Sequence record: SRR20825010_2634 | Length of the DNA: 50,085 nucleotides | Strand: one strand, 5' to 3' | Shown here: in pieces, positions 16,063 through 25,282 of the stretch | Layout of the letters: each line of letters opens with the position of its first letter | Numbering within the stretch: the stretch's first letter is position 1 | Program-made: the position numbers and the translations under genes | Notes under the pieces: generated by a model | Told to the model about the DNA's origin: nothing | What the model saw: only the letters and a program-made list of their open reading frames with translations | Database searches by the model: none

Positions 16063-18777
16063 ATGAACAAGCTGCAATCCAGAAGTGCGTCTCTGAAGCC
16101 CACTTACCGTCGTTGGATCCGGACGGCGATGACGCTCTCGATCCTCGGGATCCTGGTCGTGTTTGCTTGGAAACCGCGATTGGTCACGGAGAATTACCTT
16201 CGTGATGCCACGCACGTGATGGTGACCGACAGCGAAGTCCCCCCCGCTGGACCGCACGTCGCTGACACGGATCGCGAAGACGCGTCCTATCCAAAAGCAG
16301 ACTCGCCGCGGCACCGTTGGTATATCGGTGGATTCCCGCTGGACGCTTACCAAGCCCGCATGTCCCACAACGAAGGCGTCGACGGTTTGGACCGATGGAG
16401 CACGTTTGGACTGGGGTTGTGGATCGACATCTGGTTTTGCATCGGCGTTCTCGCGTTGGCTGGAATCGCAGCCTACAACATTCGTCCGGGACAATCGCCC
16501 TGGAATGTCCTGTGGTCGCCCAATCAGAACGACAACACTCGATACCGTCGCGCATTGGTCGGCATCGCATCGGTCGGTTTCATCGCCACTGCCGCTCACT
16601 TCTACGAGACTCAACGTCGGTTGCGGACATTTGAGCGTGAAACCATGGTCACGTTGGTTCGATCGACCAACCATCCCATCGTGGCCAATTTGCCTCTCGC
16701 GTTTCGCGGTCCTTGGACCCACGCGTTCCAACTGCAATGCCATCGCGAATCGAATTTGGAATCGATCGATTGGAGCAACTACAAATCGCTCGACTTCATC
16801 GCACTCAATGGCGAGATCGATCCGATAACGCTGCAGGCCATCCAAGAGAACCCTTGGGTCACGGGTCTTCGTTGGACCAACGTCCCCAGCGTCGAAGCCG
16901 CTAATTCGGTGTTGGCACAATTGCCGTCGCTTCGAAGCGTCTCGATGTCATTCGAATCCGGCGACGAACAAGCGGAACCATCTTCCGATGCGAAGATTCA
17001 GATTCAATCGCTCAATCGGTTGGCTTCCTTGTCGCTACGTCGCATTCAGGCATCGGCAATTTGCACCGAAGACCTGTTGGTGCCTTCGCTAACGATGCTG
17101 GAAATTCAAACCATCGGACCAAGCCCTCGAACTTGGTTGTTCGAAGACGCCAATCGACTGCAATCACTTTCCGTTCGACATCTGCGTCCGAATCGCCGAA
17201 CCAACGCGGACGAATTGAAGTTGACCGTTCGTTTGATGCCCGCATTGACGGAGCTTTCAATCGACGCGGGCATCCCTGTCGACTTGAGCCTCCTCGAGTT
17301 GCCACGTTTGACCAAACTGCATGGCATCGATTCCTATTCGATGCGGTTCAGCAACGCGGACGGAGAAGACGGCTACATCGCGCGAGTATCATCGCTGAAG
17401 ATGTCCGGTCTCAGTTCGTTGACCAAGCTTGAGTTGGCTGGCGAGAACTTTGACGAATGGGAAATCGAAGAGTGTCCACGGCTGCACGATGTTCGAATCA
17501 CCCGACCTGCACCGGGCGGCTACGGTCGCTTTCGTCGCAGTGCGCGAGGCTGGGAAGCTCCGCCTCAATTTGTCGGCGCTCGCTTCCTTGCCGCGGTCGC
17601 ATCTGGGCCCGCTCCATTGCCGCAAAAATCGACGAAGGGGTTGATGGCTTGGTCCGCTTCGTTGCCATCACTTCGCACGCTGAGTTTCGATGGCATGAAC
17701 CTCACCACGTGTGACCTGGCGAAATTGAAGTCATGCTCGTTCTTGAAATCACTGACCCTCGAAAACTGTCAACTCGATCCGCGACAACTTGAAGAACTGC
17801 AAGTCGTCAGCACGCTTCGTGAATTGTCGGTTTCGGGTACTGAGATCGATCCCGAAGTAGTCCCACAATTGCTGGCGATGCACAGCAATTGGGAGGTTTT
17901 GGAACTGCCTTGGGAAGAGCTGGAAGAAGTCCGGATTGTTGACCAACCACAACTCAAGCGAGCTTTCCGCACCCGAACCCTGCGAGCCAAACACATCGAG
18001 CTAGTGAATCTGGAATCGCTGGTCAGCCGTTTGCGTGTTGCTCCGGGTGCAGAAACTATTCGCGTGGTCAATCTGCCTCGCCTGACCGAGATCGACATTC
18101 GTCGTCCAAACACAGACCTGATCGAAGTTGAACGAGTACCGCACTTGTTGTCGTTCACCTTGGAACGAGGCGTGTTGAATTCAGCAACGCTCAGCAGCCT
18201 GACGCAGAGTCGCCAATTGCACTCGTTGATTTTGCCGGGAACCGACTATCCCGAAGGACTGGGCAAACATTTCGCGTCTTGGCCCGGACTGCAAGAAATC
18301 AACGTGATGGGAACAACGATCGGCGATGACGATTTGCGAGATCTGCCGAGCCTGAAGAACCTTCGACGTCTGCGTTTGGACCACACCGCGCTGACCGACA
18401 AAGGCATATCGACACTAGCACGATGTGCTCGCCTGCAAAGTGTCTCGTTGATGGGTCTGGAATTGTCCAGCACCGCGTTTGAGCCGTTGGCTGCTTTGGC
18501 ATGGCTGATGGAATTGTCGGTGAACGAATCGATTTCGCTCCCCGATGCACTTCAGTCCATTCGCTTGATGCCCGATGAATGGGCCGCTGAAAGTTCCGAC
18601 CCGCGTTTGGCCGAAAAGTGGTTCAACGGTATCCGCCCCGGTGCTAACCGTGCGACGGAGTTTTCCCGCCGTAGGCCACCTCGTGGGCGGCACCCACGTT
18701 GGGTGTCCAACGAAGAAAAGGGTTCCAACGAGGCATCGGATTCGCAACGGTTGATTCCGCCGTTTGATGCAACGTGA
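16063..18777 (+). CDS. Membrane-anchored leucine-rich repeat protein
   Basis: Three N-terminal hydrophobic segments and many LxxLxL repeats (LPSLRSVSM, LPSLRTLSF, LKNLRRLRLDHTALTDKG). Confidence 0.8.
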   Translation: MNKLQSRSASLKPTYRRWIRTAMTLSILGILVVFAWKPRLVTENYLRDATHVMVTDSEVPPAGPHVADTDREDASYPKADSPRHRWYIGGFPLDAYQARMSHNEGVDGLDRWSTFGLGLWIDIWFCIGVLALAGIAAYNIRPGQSPWNVLWSPNQNDNTRYRRALVGIASVGFIATAAHFYETQRRLRTFERETMVTLVRSTNHPIVANLPLAFRGPWTHAFQLQCHRESNLESIDWSNYKSLDFIALNGEIDPITLQAIQENPWVTGLRWTNVPSVEAANSVLAQLPSLRSVSMSFESGDEQAEPSSDAKIQIQSLNRLASLSLRRIQASAICTEDLLVPSLTMLEIQTIGPSPRTWLFEDANRLQSLSVRHLRPNRRTNADELKLTVRLMPALTELSIDAGIPVDLSLLELPRLTKLHGIDSYSMRFSNADGEDGYIARVSSLKMSGLSSLTKLELAGENFDEWEIEECPRLHDVRITRPAPGGYGRFRRSARGWEAPPQFVGARFLAAVASGPAPLPQKSTKGLMAWSASLPSLRTLSFDGMNLTTCDLAKLKSCSFLKSLTLENCQLDPRQLEELQVVSTLRELSVSGTEIDPEVVPQLLAMHSNWEVLELPWEELEEVRIVDQPQLKRAFRTRTLRAKHIELVNLESLVSRLRVAPGAETIRVVNLPRLTEIDIRRPNTDLIEVERVPHLLSFTLERGVLNSATLSSLTQSRQLHSLILPGTDYPEGLGKHFASWPGLQEINVMGTTIGDDDLRDLPSLKNLRRLRLDHTALTDKGISTLARCARLQSVSLMGLELSSTAFEPLAALAWLMELSVNESISLPDALQSIRLMPDEWAAESSDPRLAEKWFNGIRPGANRATEFSRRRPPRGRHPRWVSNEEKGSNEASDSQRLIPPFDAT

Positions 18778-20131
18778 CCAAAACGCCAGCCATGGCGAAC
18801 AGATACATGTGCACCATGTGAATGATGCCGACTTCATGGAACATTCCATTGCACACGTAACCGCTGAGCAACCCCAGCATCAAAATGCCGATGGTTCGGC
18901 GATGATCCTCGGCGATAGGATCCCAAAGAGTTGCACACATCTGTGAACCTGTCGCATCGGCATGTTTCGCCGAAGCAAGCTGCCACGCCAAGCAAAACAA
19001 TCCAATCAGCATCAACAAGTGCATGCTGAAACCAAAGAGTCCCAAGTCCACCAACGTCGACAAGAAGACGTTGTGTTGCATGTAAGGCCGGGCGTTTTCC
19101 AAAGGCACACCGTGCCGACGAATCGCGTGATAGGGTTCCGCCGCATCGAAGTAGTTGCCATACCCGTGGCCACCCAACGGTCGGTCGAGGAACATTTCGT
19201 AGGCCACCAAAGCCAGCAGGGGTCGCAACTCGACGCTTTTGGCGGCGTCCGCGGCACTCAACGCCTTGTCGCGTTTCATGCTCATGATTTGGTCTTTCAA
19301 TCCCATCGCCATCGCACCGCTGAATACGACCACGCCGGCCAGTGCGACGATTCGAACGCGGCGAGGGACATAGATCATTCCGATCCAGCCCAAAGCGGCG
19401 ATGGCGCCCAACCAAACGCTTCGCGTCAACGTCGAATAGCAGCCTGCCAACATGAGCAAAGCCAACAACGCGTACCAAGCTTTGCCGTGGCGCCCGCTTT
19501 CGAGAAAGCGACTTGCACACGCGGCCAAAGCCAGTGTCAACAAAATTCCATTTCCGGCTGGATTCAACAGGGGTCCGCGGCCTCGCCCGTAGAATTCCCA
19601 GACTTCGGGATCGTTGATAAACCGAGGGAACACCAGGGCTCGGAGATCCAGCATTTCCATCACGCCGGTGAACGCCAGGTACGCTCCCATCGCGATTAGA
19701 GCGGTGACCATTCGGTGAATGTCTTGTCGAGTGAAGGTGGCGGTACGCATCACCGCGTACAAGCTGCACGGCAATGCCATGTAGAACAGCCATCTGGCGA
19801 TTGGCGGCTGACCGTCACCAAACATTCCGAATCGCAAACAACTCAGCAATGTGATTGCGACCAGGCCGAGGACGACGCCATCGGTTCGCGTCACACGCGG
19901 CAGCTTATTCTCGCCCGTCAGGACGCGGAACACGGCCACTCCGATCACCGCGACCCAGAGCAAACGATCCAAGCTGATCTGGACAAAACCGTTGAACGCG
20001 AAGAACGCAGGCCCAAACACGGTCCCGAGAAACAACACCGCCATCACCAACGTCCACGTGCGAGCGTTGTGCAAGATCGGAATGGACCAAGGAATGATCG
20101 CGAACAGAATCAGAATGAGAAGCAAGGTCAT
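18644..20131 (-). CDS. O-antigen ligase / Wzy polymerase family protein
   Basis: Polytopic, with RGRGPLLNP, TLTRSVWLG, PLGGHGYGNY and HNVFLSTLVDLGLFG. Start uncertain (20131 or 20167). Confidence 0.85.
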   Translation of the reverse strand: MTLLLILILFAIIPWSIPILHNARTWTLVMAVLFLGTVFGPAFFAFNGFVQISLDRLLWVAVIGVAVFRVLTGENKLPRVTRTDGVVLGLVAITLLSCLRFGMFGDGQPPIARWLFYMALPCSLYAVMRTATFTRQDIHRMVTALIAMGAYLAFTGVMEMLDLRALVFPRFINDPEVWEFYGRGRGPLLNPAGNGILLTLALAACASRFLESGRHGKAWYALLALLMLAGCYSTLTRSVWLGAIAALGWIGMIYVPRRVRIVALAGVVVFSGAMAMGLKDQIMSMKRDKALSAADAAKSVELRPLLALVAYEMFLDRPLGGHGYGNYFDAAEPYHAIRRHGVPLENARPYMQHNVFLSTLVDLGLFGFSMHLLMLIGLFCLAWQLASAKHADATGSQMCATLWDPIAEDHRRTIGILMLGLLSGYVCNGMFHEVGIIHMVHMYLFAMAGVLVTLHQTAESTVANPMPRWNPFLRWTPNVGAAHEVAYGGKTPSHG

Positions 20132-20390
20132 GCGGAACAATAGCTCACTCGATGGTCGACACCGCATCTCCACCGGCGTTTCTGGATGAAGCGAATCATC
20201 AAGTTTGACGGTTGCAACGACCTTTCCTGTATTGAGCTTCGTGCTAATTGCATGCATCGAACTCATTCTCCCGAGCGAAACGTTCGATTCGATCAGACAG
20301 GCGATCTACCCTCAGCGTTCGTCCGTTCCCATCTGTCCGTTCGCGTCAGGAAACCCAGTGCCGCGCCGCGAAAATCATCGTCGCTTTGCC

Positions 20391-21611
20391 ATGACTCGGC
20401 CGCTCCGCACATACGGTGTGGTGGCGCTGGCCGTTTGTGCATGCTGGATCGCCGGTTGCTCTCATCCGGTGCGTGCGTTGGTCGGCGGCAACATGCGGAT
20501 CGATGGCGACATGGGCGTCAACGGAGACGTGGGTGTCGATGGCGACATCAACATGAACGGCACGATGACCACGGTCAGCAAGACCGACAACACGGCGTCC
20601 CCGGTTCGTGCGATCCAAATCAACGCGAAGTCGTCTGATTCTCAATCACGCATCGCGATCGTGGATGTGGACGGATTGCTGATCGACCAAAACTTCAGCG
20701 GATTTGGATCGATGGGTGAGAACCCGGTCTCGTTGTTCCGCGAAAAGATGCGACACATCGAATCCGATCCGACCATTTTGGCGGTCGTCCTGCGAATCAA
20801 TTCGCCCGGCGGCGGTGTGACGGCATCGGATATGCTCGCGCATCAACTCCAGCATCTCAAATCCAATCGCAACATACCCGTCGTTGCTTGCCTGATGACG
20901 ACCGGCACCGGCGGCGCTTACTACTTGGCAACCCACGCCGACGCGATCGTCGCGCATCCAACATCGGTTGTCGGTGGGATCGGCGTCATCCTGAACAACT
21001 ACAACATGGAAGACACGTTGGGTCAGTTCAATATCGTTTCGTTGCCGATCAAATCAGGCGACAAGATCGATGTCGGATCACCCGAAAGAATGATGCAGCG
21101 AGAAGAGCGTGACCTGCTGCAATCGATGGCCGACGAATTCCACCAGCGTTTCATCGAACAAGTGCGTTCATCACGTGGCGAGCGACTGGTGGTCACCAGC
21201 GAAGTCGACGAGTCGAACTTGGATGAATCAGACGCAGACACGCTGGACGCTGGTGATCTGGATCGCGACGACGTGGACAACGCAAAGTTGAAGCCGAGCG
21301 AATTGATCCCGTTTGATGGACGCGTGGTATCAGGCCTGCACGCTCAAAAGATCGGCTTGGTCGACCAAACCGGATACCTCGACGACGCGGTATCTCTGGC
21401 CGGTCGAATGGCGGGATTGTCGTCCTCCCCCGCCTTGGTTTTGTTGCGACGAGACAACGATCGAGCGATGTCAGAATTCGACGTCACTCCAAATGTTCCG
21501 ATGACTTCCATTTTGCCGATCCAGTTGCCTGGACTGGATCGAAGCTCGATGCCGACGTTCCTGTACCTTTGGCAACCTGACCCCAGCATCGTTACCGCCA
21601 ACGGTGGTTAA
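20391..21611 (+). CDS. S49 (SppA-like) family lipoprotein, catalytic residues apparently lost
   Basis: Lipobox WIAG-C, LRINSPGGGVTASD, IVAHPTSVVGGIGV and AQKIGLVDQTGYLDDA. Confidence 0.85.
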   Translation: MTRPLRTYGVVALAVCACWIAGCSHPVRALVGGNMRIDGDMGVNGDVGVDGDINMNGTMTTVSKTDNTASPVRAIQINAKSSDSQSRIAIVDVDGLLIDQNFSGFGSMGENPVSLFREKMRHIESDPTILAVVLRINSPGGGVTASDMLAHQLQHLKSNRNIPVVACLMTTGTGGAYYLATHADAIVAHPTSVVGGIGVILNNYNMEDTLGQFNIVSLPIKSGDKIDVGSPERMMQREERDLLQSMADEFHQRFIEQVRSSRGERLVVTSEVDESNLDESDADTLDAGDLDRDDVDNAKLKPSELIPFDGRVVSGLHAQKIGLVDQTGYLDDAVSLAGRMAGLSSSPALVLLRRDNDRAMSEFDVTPNVPMTSILPIQLPGLDRSSMPTFLYLWQPDPSIVTANGG

Positions 21612-21617
21612 AAAGGC

Positions 21618-21657
21618 CGGGAAAGATGGGTATCAGGTATCTGACGCACCTTTCCCG
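21618..21657. repeat. Imperfect palindrome between convergent genes (terminator or REP-like)
   Basis: CGGGAAAG...TCAG-GTAT-CTGA...CTTTCCCG. Confidence 0.45.
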
Positions 21658-21665
21658 CTCACCTC

Positions 21666-22607
21666 TTAGGAGGTCATGCCCCAGCTTTTGACCGTGTTCT
21701 TCCAATCGGTCGTCAGAGCAGAAAACAGGTAGCCGATGTTAGACATGTATCGCGGCACCAATCGCTTTGGGTCGCTGAGCATTCGGTAAGCCCATTCCAT
21801 GCCAATGCTTTGAAAAATCTTTGGGGCTCGCTTTGCCGTTCCGGCCAAAAAGTCAAACGAGGCGCCAAGTTGAATACTGACGGGGACACCGATCCGAGCG
21901 GCGTGTTCAGCGATCCATTGCTCGCCTTTGGGTTGCCCGAAAGCGACAAACAACAAATCCGTCCCAGCGTCGCGAATTCTCGCGTCTTGAGCGGCTTGCT
22001 CCTCCGCGGTGAGTTTGCGGAACGGAGGTGATTCACAGCCGGCGATCTGCAACCCTGGATACATCGCTTTCAAACGCCTGGAAGCTTTTTCTGCGACACC
22101 AGCTTCTCCGCCTAAGAAGTACACCCGGTGACCACGTTGGGCGGCTCGTCCACACAGGTGCACAATCAGTTCGCTGCCGGCGACCCGTTCAGGCAACGGT
22201 CGGTCGGTCAATTTGCTGCGAGCAACGATCGGCTGACCATCGGCCAACACCAATGCCGCACGATGGGTGATTTGCTGAAGCTGCGGCGATCGATGATGCA
22301 GCATGCAGTAATTCAAATTGGCGGTGATGACGTACTGAGGCGTCCGAGCGGCGATCAACCGGTCGATTGCGTCGACCGATCCCCACATGTCCAAACGATC
22401 AAACGGCACGTCCCAAACGCTCACGGTGTCACGCACGCATGATGGTGCGGTGACAACCGATTGCTCGTGTTTTGTGACAACGGTCGTCTCGAACCTTGGT
22501 CCCGATTGAAATTTCTCGGTCGCCGTTCGCGAAGCCGGAGGCACAACGACCGAAGACGTCGATGTCGAGGAAGCGGGATAAGAACTGACGGGGGAAGCCG
22601 AATTCAT
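21666..22607 (-). CDS. WecB/TagA/CpsF family glycosyltransferase
   Basis: VITANLNY, LADGQPIV, ERVAGSEL, VAFGQPKGEQWI, LGASFDFLAG and RAP..GMEWAYR..PKRL..RY. Confidence 0.92.
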   Translation of the reverse strand: MNSASPVSSYPASSTSTSSVVVPPASRTATEKFQSGPRFETTVVTKHEQSVVTAPSCVRDTVSVWDVPFDRLDMWGSVDAIDRLIAARTPQYVITANLNYCMLHHRSPQLQQITHRAALVLADGQPIVARSKLTDRPLPERVAGSELIVHLCGRAAQRGHRVYFLGGEAGVAEKASRRLKAMYPGLQIAGCESPPFRKLTAEEQAAQDARIRDAGTDLLFVAFGQPKGEQWIAEHAARIGVPVSIQLGASFDFLAGTAKRAPKIFQSIGMEWAYRMLSDPKRLVPRYMSNIGYLFSALTTDWKNTVKSWGMTS

Positions 22608-22759
22608 TGTGGGACGTATTCGATGAGTGGTTGAAAAATCGATCCAACCGCGACAATCGGAACACCCGTCATTCAGAGAGGGCCCATGCCGCGATAGACT
22701 GCACGTTCAACCCTACGTCACGTTTTTTGACTCAACGCAAATTTGGCCCCAAGCAACGC

Positions 22760-24019
22760 ATGCTGATCTTCACGCTGGAAGGATTCACTCCTGCTGCAAT
22801 CTCCGCCTATGGGTCCTCATGGAATCGAACACCGGCCATCGATCGAATGGCGGCAGAAGGAATTACATGGAACCGTGCCATCACTCCGGTCACGGATCCT
22901 CTCGAACAATGGGACCGATGGGCCAATGCACTGGCGGACACGCCGCGGGCAAAGGAGATCGTCGTGATCACCGACGACCCTCGTTTGCTGGAACGCGAAT
23001 CGGCCGCCGCGTTTGAAGAAATCGTGTTGCTGGAGAGCGACAACGAGGAGGACTCCAATCACGAAGTCGAAACCTTTGAAATTGAAGACACCTCAATCGG
23101 TCGGCTGACCGCGGTCGCGGCTGACCGACTGGCACAAGGCGACTCGGTTTGGTTGCACTCGAGATTCCTGACGCATTGCTGGGACGCGCCACGAGAACTC
23201 AGCGATGATTCCGTCGCCGAAGAACCGGCCTACTACGCCAATGAATACGAAGACGACCTGCCGATCGAAACCGATACCGCTGATGACGAGGACGACGCCC
23301 CGGAGGAAGTGCCGTTCATGGTCCATGAAACCACGCCGCCGGATCATCGCATCACCGCCGAAGACGATCCGGATTGGATCACAACGTGGATGCGAACTTA
23401 CGGTTGCCAAATCAAATTGGTCGACGCGATGCTCGATGTTTTGGACTCGGTGCTCGAGCCCGACGCGACGGTGGTGCTGGGTGGAACCAGCGGATTTGCA
23501 CTTGGGCAAAATGGTGGCATCGGACATCGAACCGGTCCGTGGCGTTCGTGCCATCTGCACGTGCCGATCGTCTGCTCGGGTGGATCAGGCCTGCGATCTC
23601 GCATGGTCGCATCCGCCGATGAGGTCGCCGTTGTGATTGGCACTCGTTTATCCGACCCGAGTGGGGACCTCATGCCAACCGAACGATTCGTTCTTGAAAA
23701 CGTTGAGAACGCCACAACGGAAGAATCGGAGCCCGACGAATCTTTGCGGTCGGATGCCACGTCGCCATCGCACGAAGCCCGTGTTATCACCCAACATCGC
23801 AATGTCCCGATCGCGATCACGACCAACGATTGGTTCTACGTCCTCTCCGAAGAAGCCGGAACCGACGCCCCATCGTTACCGAGTGATTCCGATGATCGAT
23901 GCCAGCTGTATTTGAAACCCGACGATGTCGACGATTTCAACAATGTGGTGCGTTTGCGACTCGAAGAGGCGGACCGACTTCACCAAACCCTTTTGAACGA
24001 ATTCCATCGAGCAGAGTGA
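22760..24019 (+). CDS. Degenerate sulfatase / alkaline phosphatase superfamily protein
   Basis: AISAYGSSWNRTPAIDRMAAEG, YGCQIKLVD, GFALGQNG, HLHVPIV and LYLKPDD..FNNV match the sulfatase scaffold. No CxPxR. Start uncertain. Confidence 0.65.
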   Translation: MLIFTLEGFTPAAISAYGSSWNRTPAIDRMAAEGITWNRAITPVTDPLEQWDRWANALADTPRAKEIVVITDDPRLLERESAAAFEEIVLLESDNEEDSNHEVETFEIEDTSIGRLTAVAADRLAQGDSVWLHSRFLTHCWDAPRELSDDSVAEEPAYYANEYEDDLPIETDTADDEDDAPEEVPFMVHETTPPDHRITAEDDPDWITTWMRTYGCQIKLVDAMLDVLDSVLEPDATVVLGGTSGFALGQNGGIGHRTGPWRSCHLHVPIVCSGGSGLRSRMVASADEVAVVIGTRLSDPSGDLMPTERFVLENVENATTEESEPDESLRSDATSPSHEARVITQHRNVPIAITTNDWFYVLSEEAGTDAPSLPSDSDDRCQLYLKPDDVDDFNNVVRLRLEEADRLHQTLLNEFHRAE

Positions 24020-24022
24020 CTC

Positions 24023-25108
24023 ATGATTGTTGGCGTGCCCTCGGAAATTAAGACCGATGAATACCGCGTGGGAATGCTCCCCGTCGGCGTCGCTGAACTG
24101 ACCCAAGCGGGGCACACCGTTTTGGTGCAAGCCGGAGCGGGTCTCGGATCGGGATTGCCCGACCACGACTACCTTCGAGCGGGTGCCGAGTTGGTCGCCT
24201 CGGCCGATGACATTTTCGCGAAAGCCGATTTGGTGGTGAAAGTGAAAGAACCACAGCGGTCGGAATACGAATTAATCCGCCCCGGTCAGTTGGTCTTCAC
24301 CTATTTCCACTTCGCCGCGGACGACACGCTGACCAAAGCGATGCTGGATAGCGGTGCCACCTGCCTGGCCTACGAAACGCTTCGCGATGCATCAGGGCAA
24401 CTCCCGTTGTTGACACCGATGAGCGAGGTCGCTGGTCGGATGAGCATTCAAGAGGGCGCGAAGTATCTGGAACGGCCTCAGATGGGACGCGGCATTTTGC
24501 TGGGCGGTGTCCCCGGCGTTGCCCCCGCGCACATCACGATCCTGGGTGGCGGTGTGGTGGGTGCCAATGCAGCCAAAATCGCCGCGGGATTCCAAGCCGA
24601 CGTGGCGATCCTGGACGTCAATCTAGATCGCTTGCGATACCTCGATGATGTGATGCCAGCCAACGTGAACACGCTTTACAGCGATCGCCACAACATCGTC
24701 GAACAACTCGAACGAGCCGACCTGGTAATCGGTTCCGTCTTGATTCCGGGGGCTCGAGCACCCAACTTGGTTTGGGCCGAAGACCTTCGCATCATGAAGT
24801 CGGGTGCGGTCGTCATCGACGTCGCAGTGGACCAAGGCGGATGCATCGAAACCAGCCGCCCAACCACGCACAGTGAGCCGACTTATATCATCGATGAGGT
24901 CGTTCACTACTGCGTCGCCAACATGCCCGGTGCTGTCGGCCGGACGAGCACCTTTGCATTGTGCAATGCAACAATGCGATGGATTTCGAAAATCGCGGCA
25001 GCGGGAATGTCCGGCGTCCTACAAGACACCGGTCCTCTTCAATCCGCGATCAACATTCACGAAGGCAAAATCGTCCACGAAGCCGTCTCCTCCGCCTACC
25101 AAGGCTGA
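24023..25108 (+). CDS. ald: Alanine dehydrogenase
   Basis: MIVGVPSEIK..EYRV, KVKEP, LPLLTPMSEVAGR, GGGVVG, DVAVDQGG and YCVANMPGAV. Confidence 0.97.
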   Translation: MIVGVPSEIKTDEYRVGMLPVGVAELTQAGHTVLVQAGAGLGSGLPDHDYLRAGAELVASADDIFAKADLVVKVKEPQRSEYELIRPGQLVFTYFHFAADDTLTKAMLDSGATCLAYETLRDASGQLPLLTPMSEVAGRMSIQEGAKYLERPQMGRGILLGGVPGVAPAHITILGGGVVGANAAKIAAGFQADVAILDVNLDRLRYLDDVMPANVNTLYSDRHNIVEQLERADLVIGSVLIPGARAPNLVWAEDLRIMKSGAVVIDVAVDQGGCIETSRPTTHSEPTYIIDEVVHYCVANMPGAVGRTSTFALCNATMRWISKIAAAGMSGVLQDTGPLQSAINIHEGKIVHEAVSSAYQG

Positions 25109-25136
25109 GCCCCGAAGCGTTGCCTGATCAGCTGAG

Positions 25137-25254
25137 CGATCACCCGAGGCGGTTGGTCGCCACAGATACAACAGTGCACACGGAGCGGATTCGCGGTTGC
25201 AGACAATGCCTCAGCCCGATCACCCGCCTCTGTGATCCCTGTGTTCTCGGTGGC
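25137..25254. repeat. Imperfect inverted repeat element (REP/MITE-like) between convergent genes
   Basis: 27-nt arms at 25159-25185 and 25228-25254 (19/27 complementary), plus direct repeat CGATCACCCG at 25137 and 25217. Confidence 0.55.
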
Positions 25255-25282
25255 TAAAAAACAGCACGCTGCCCAGCCCGTA

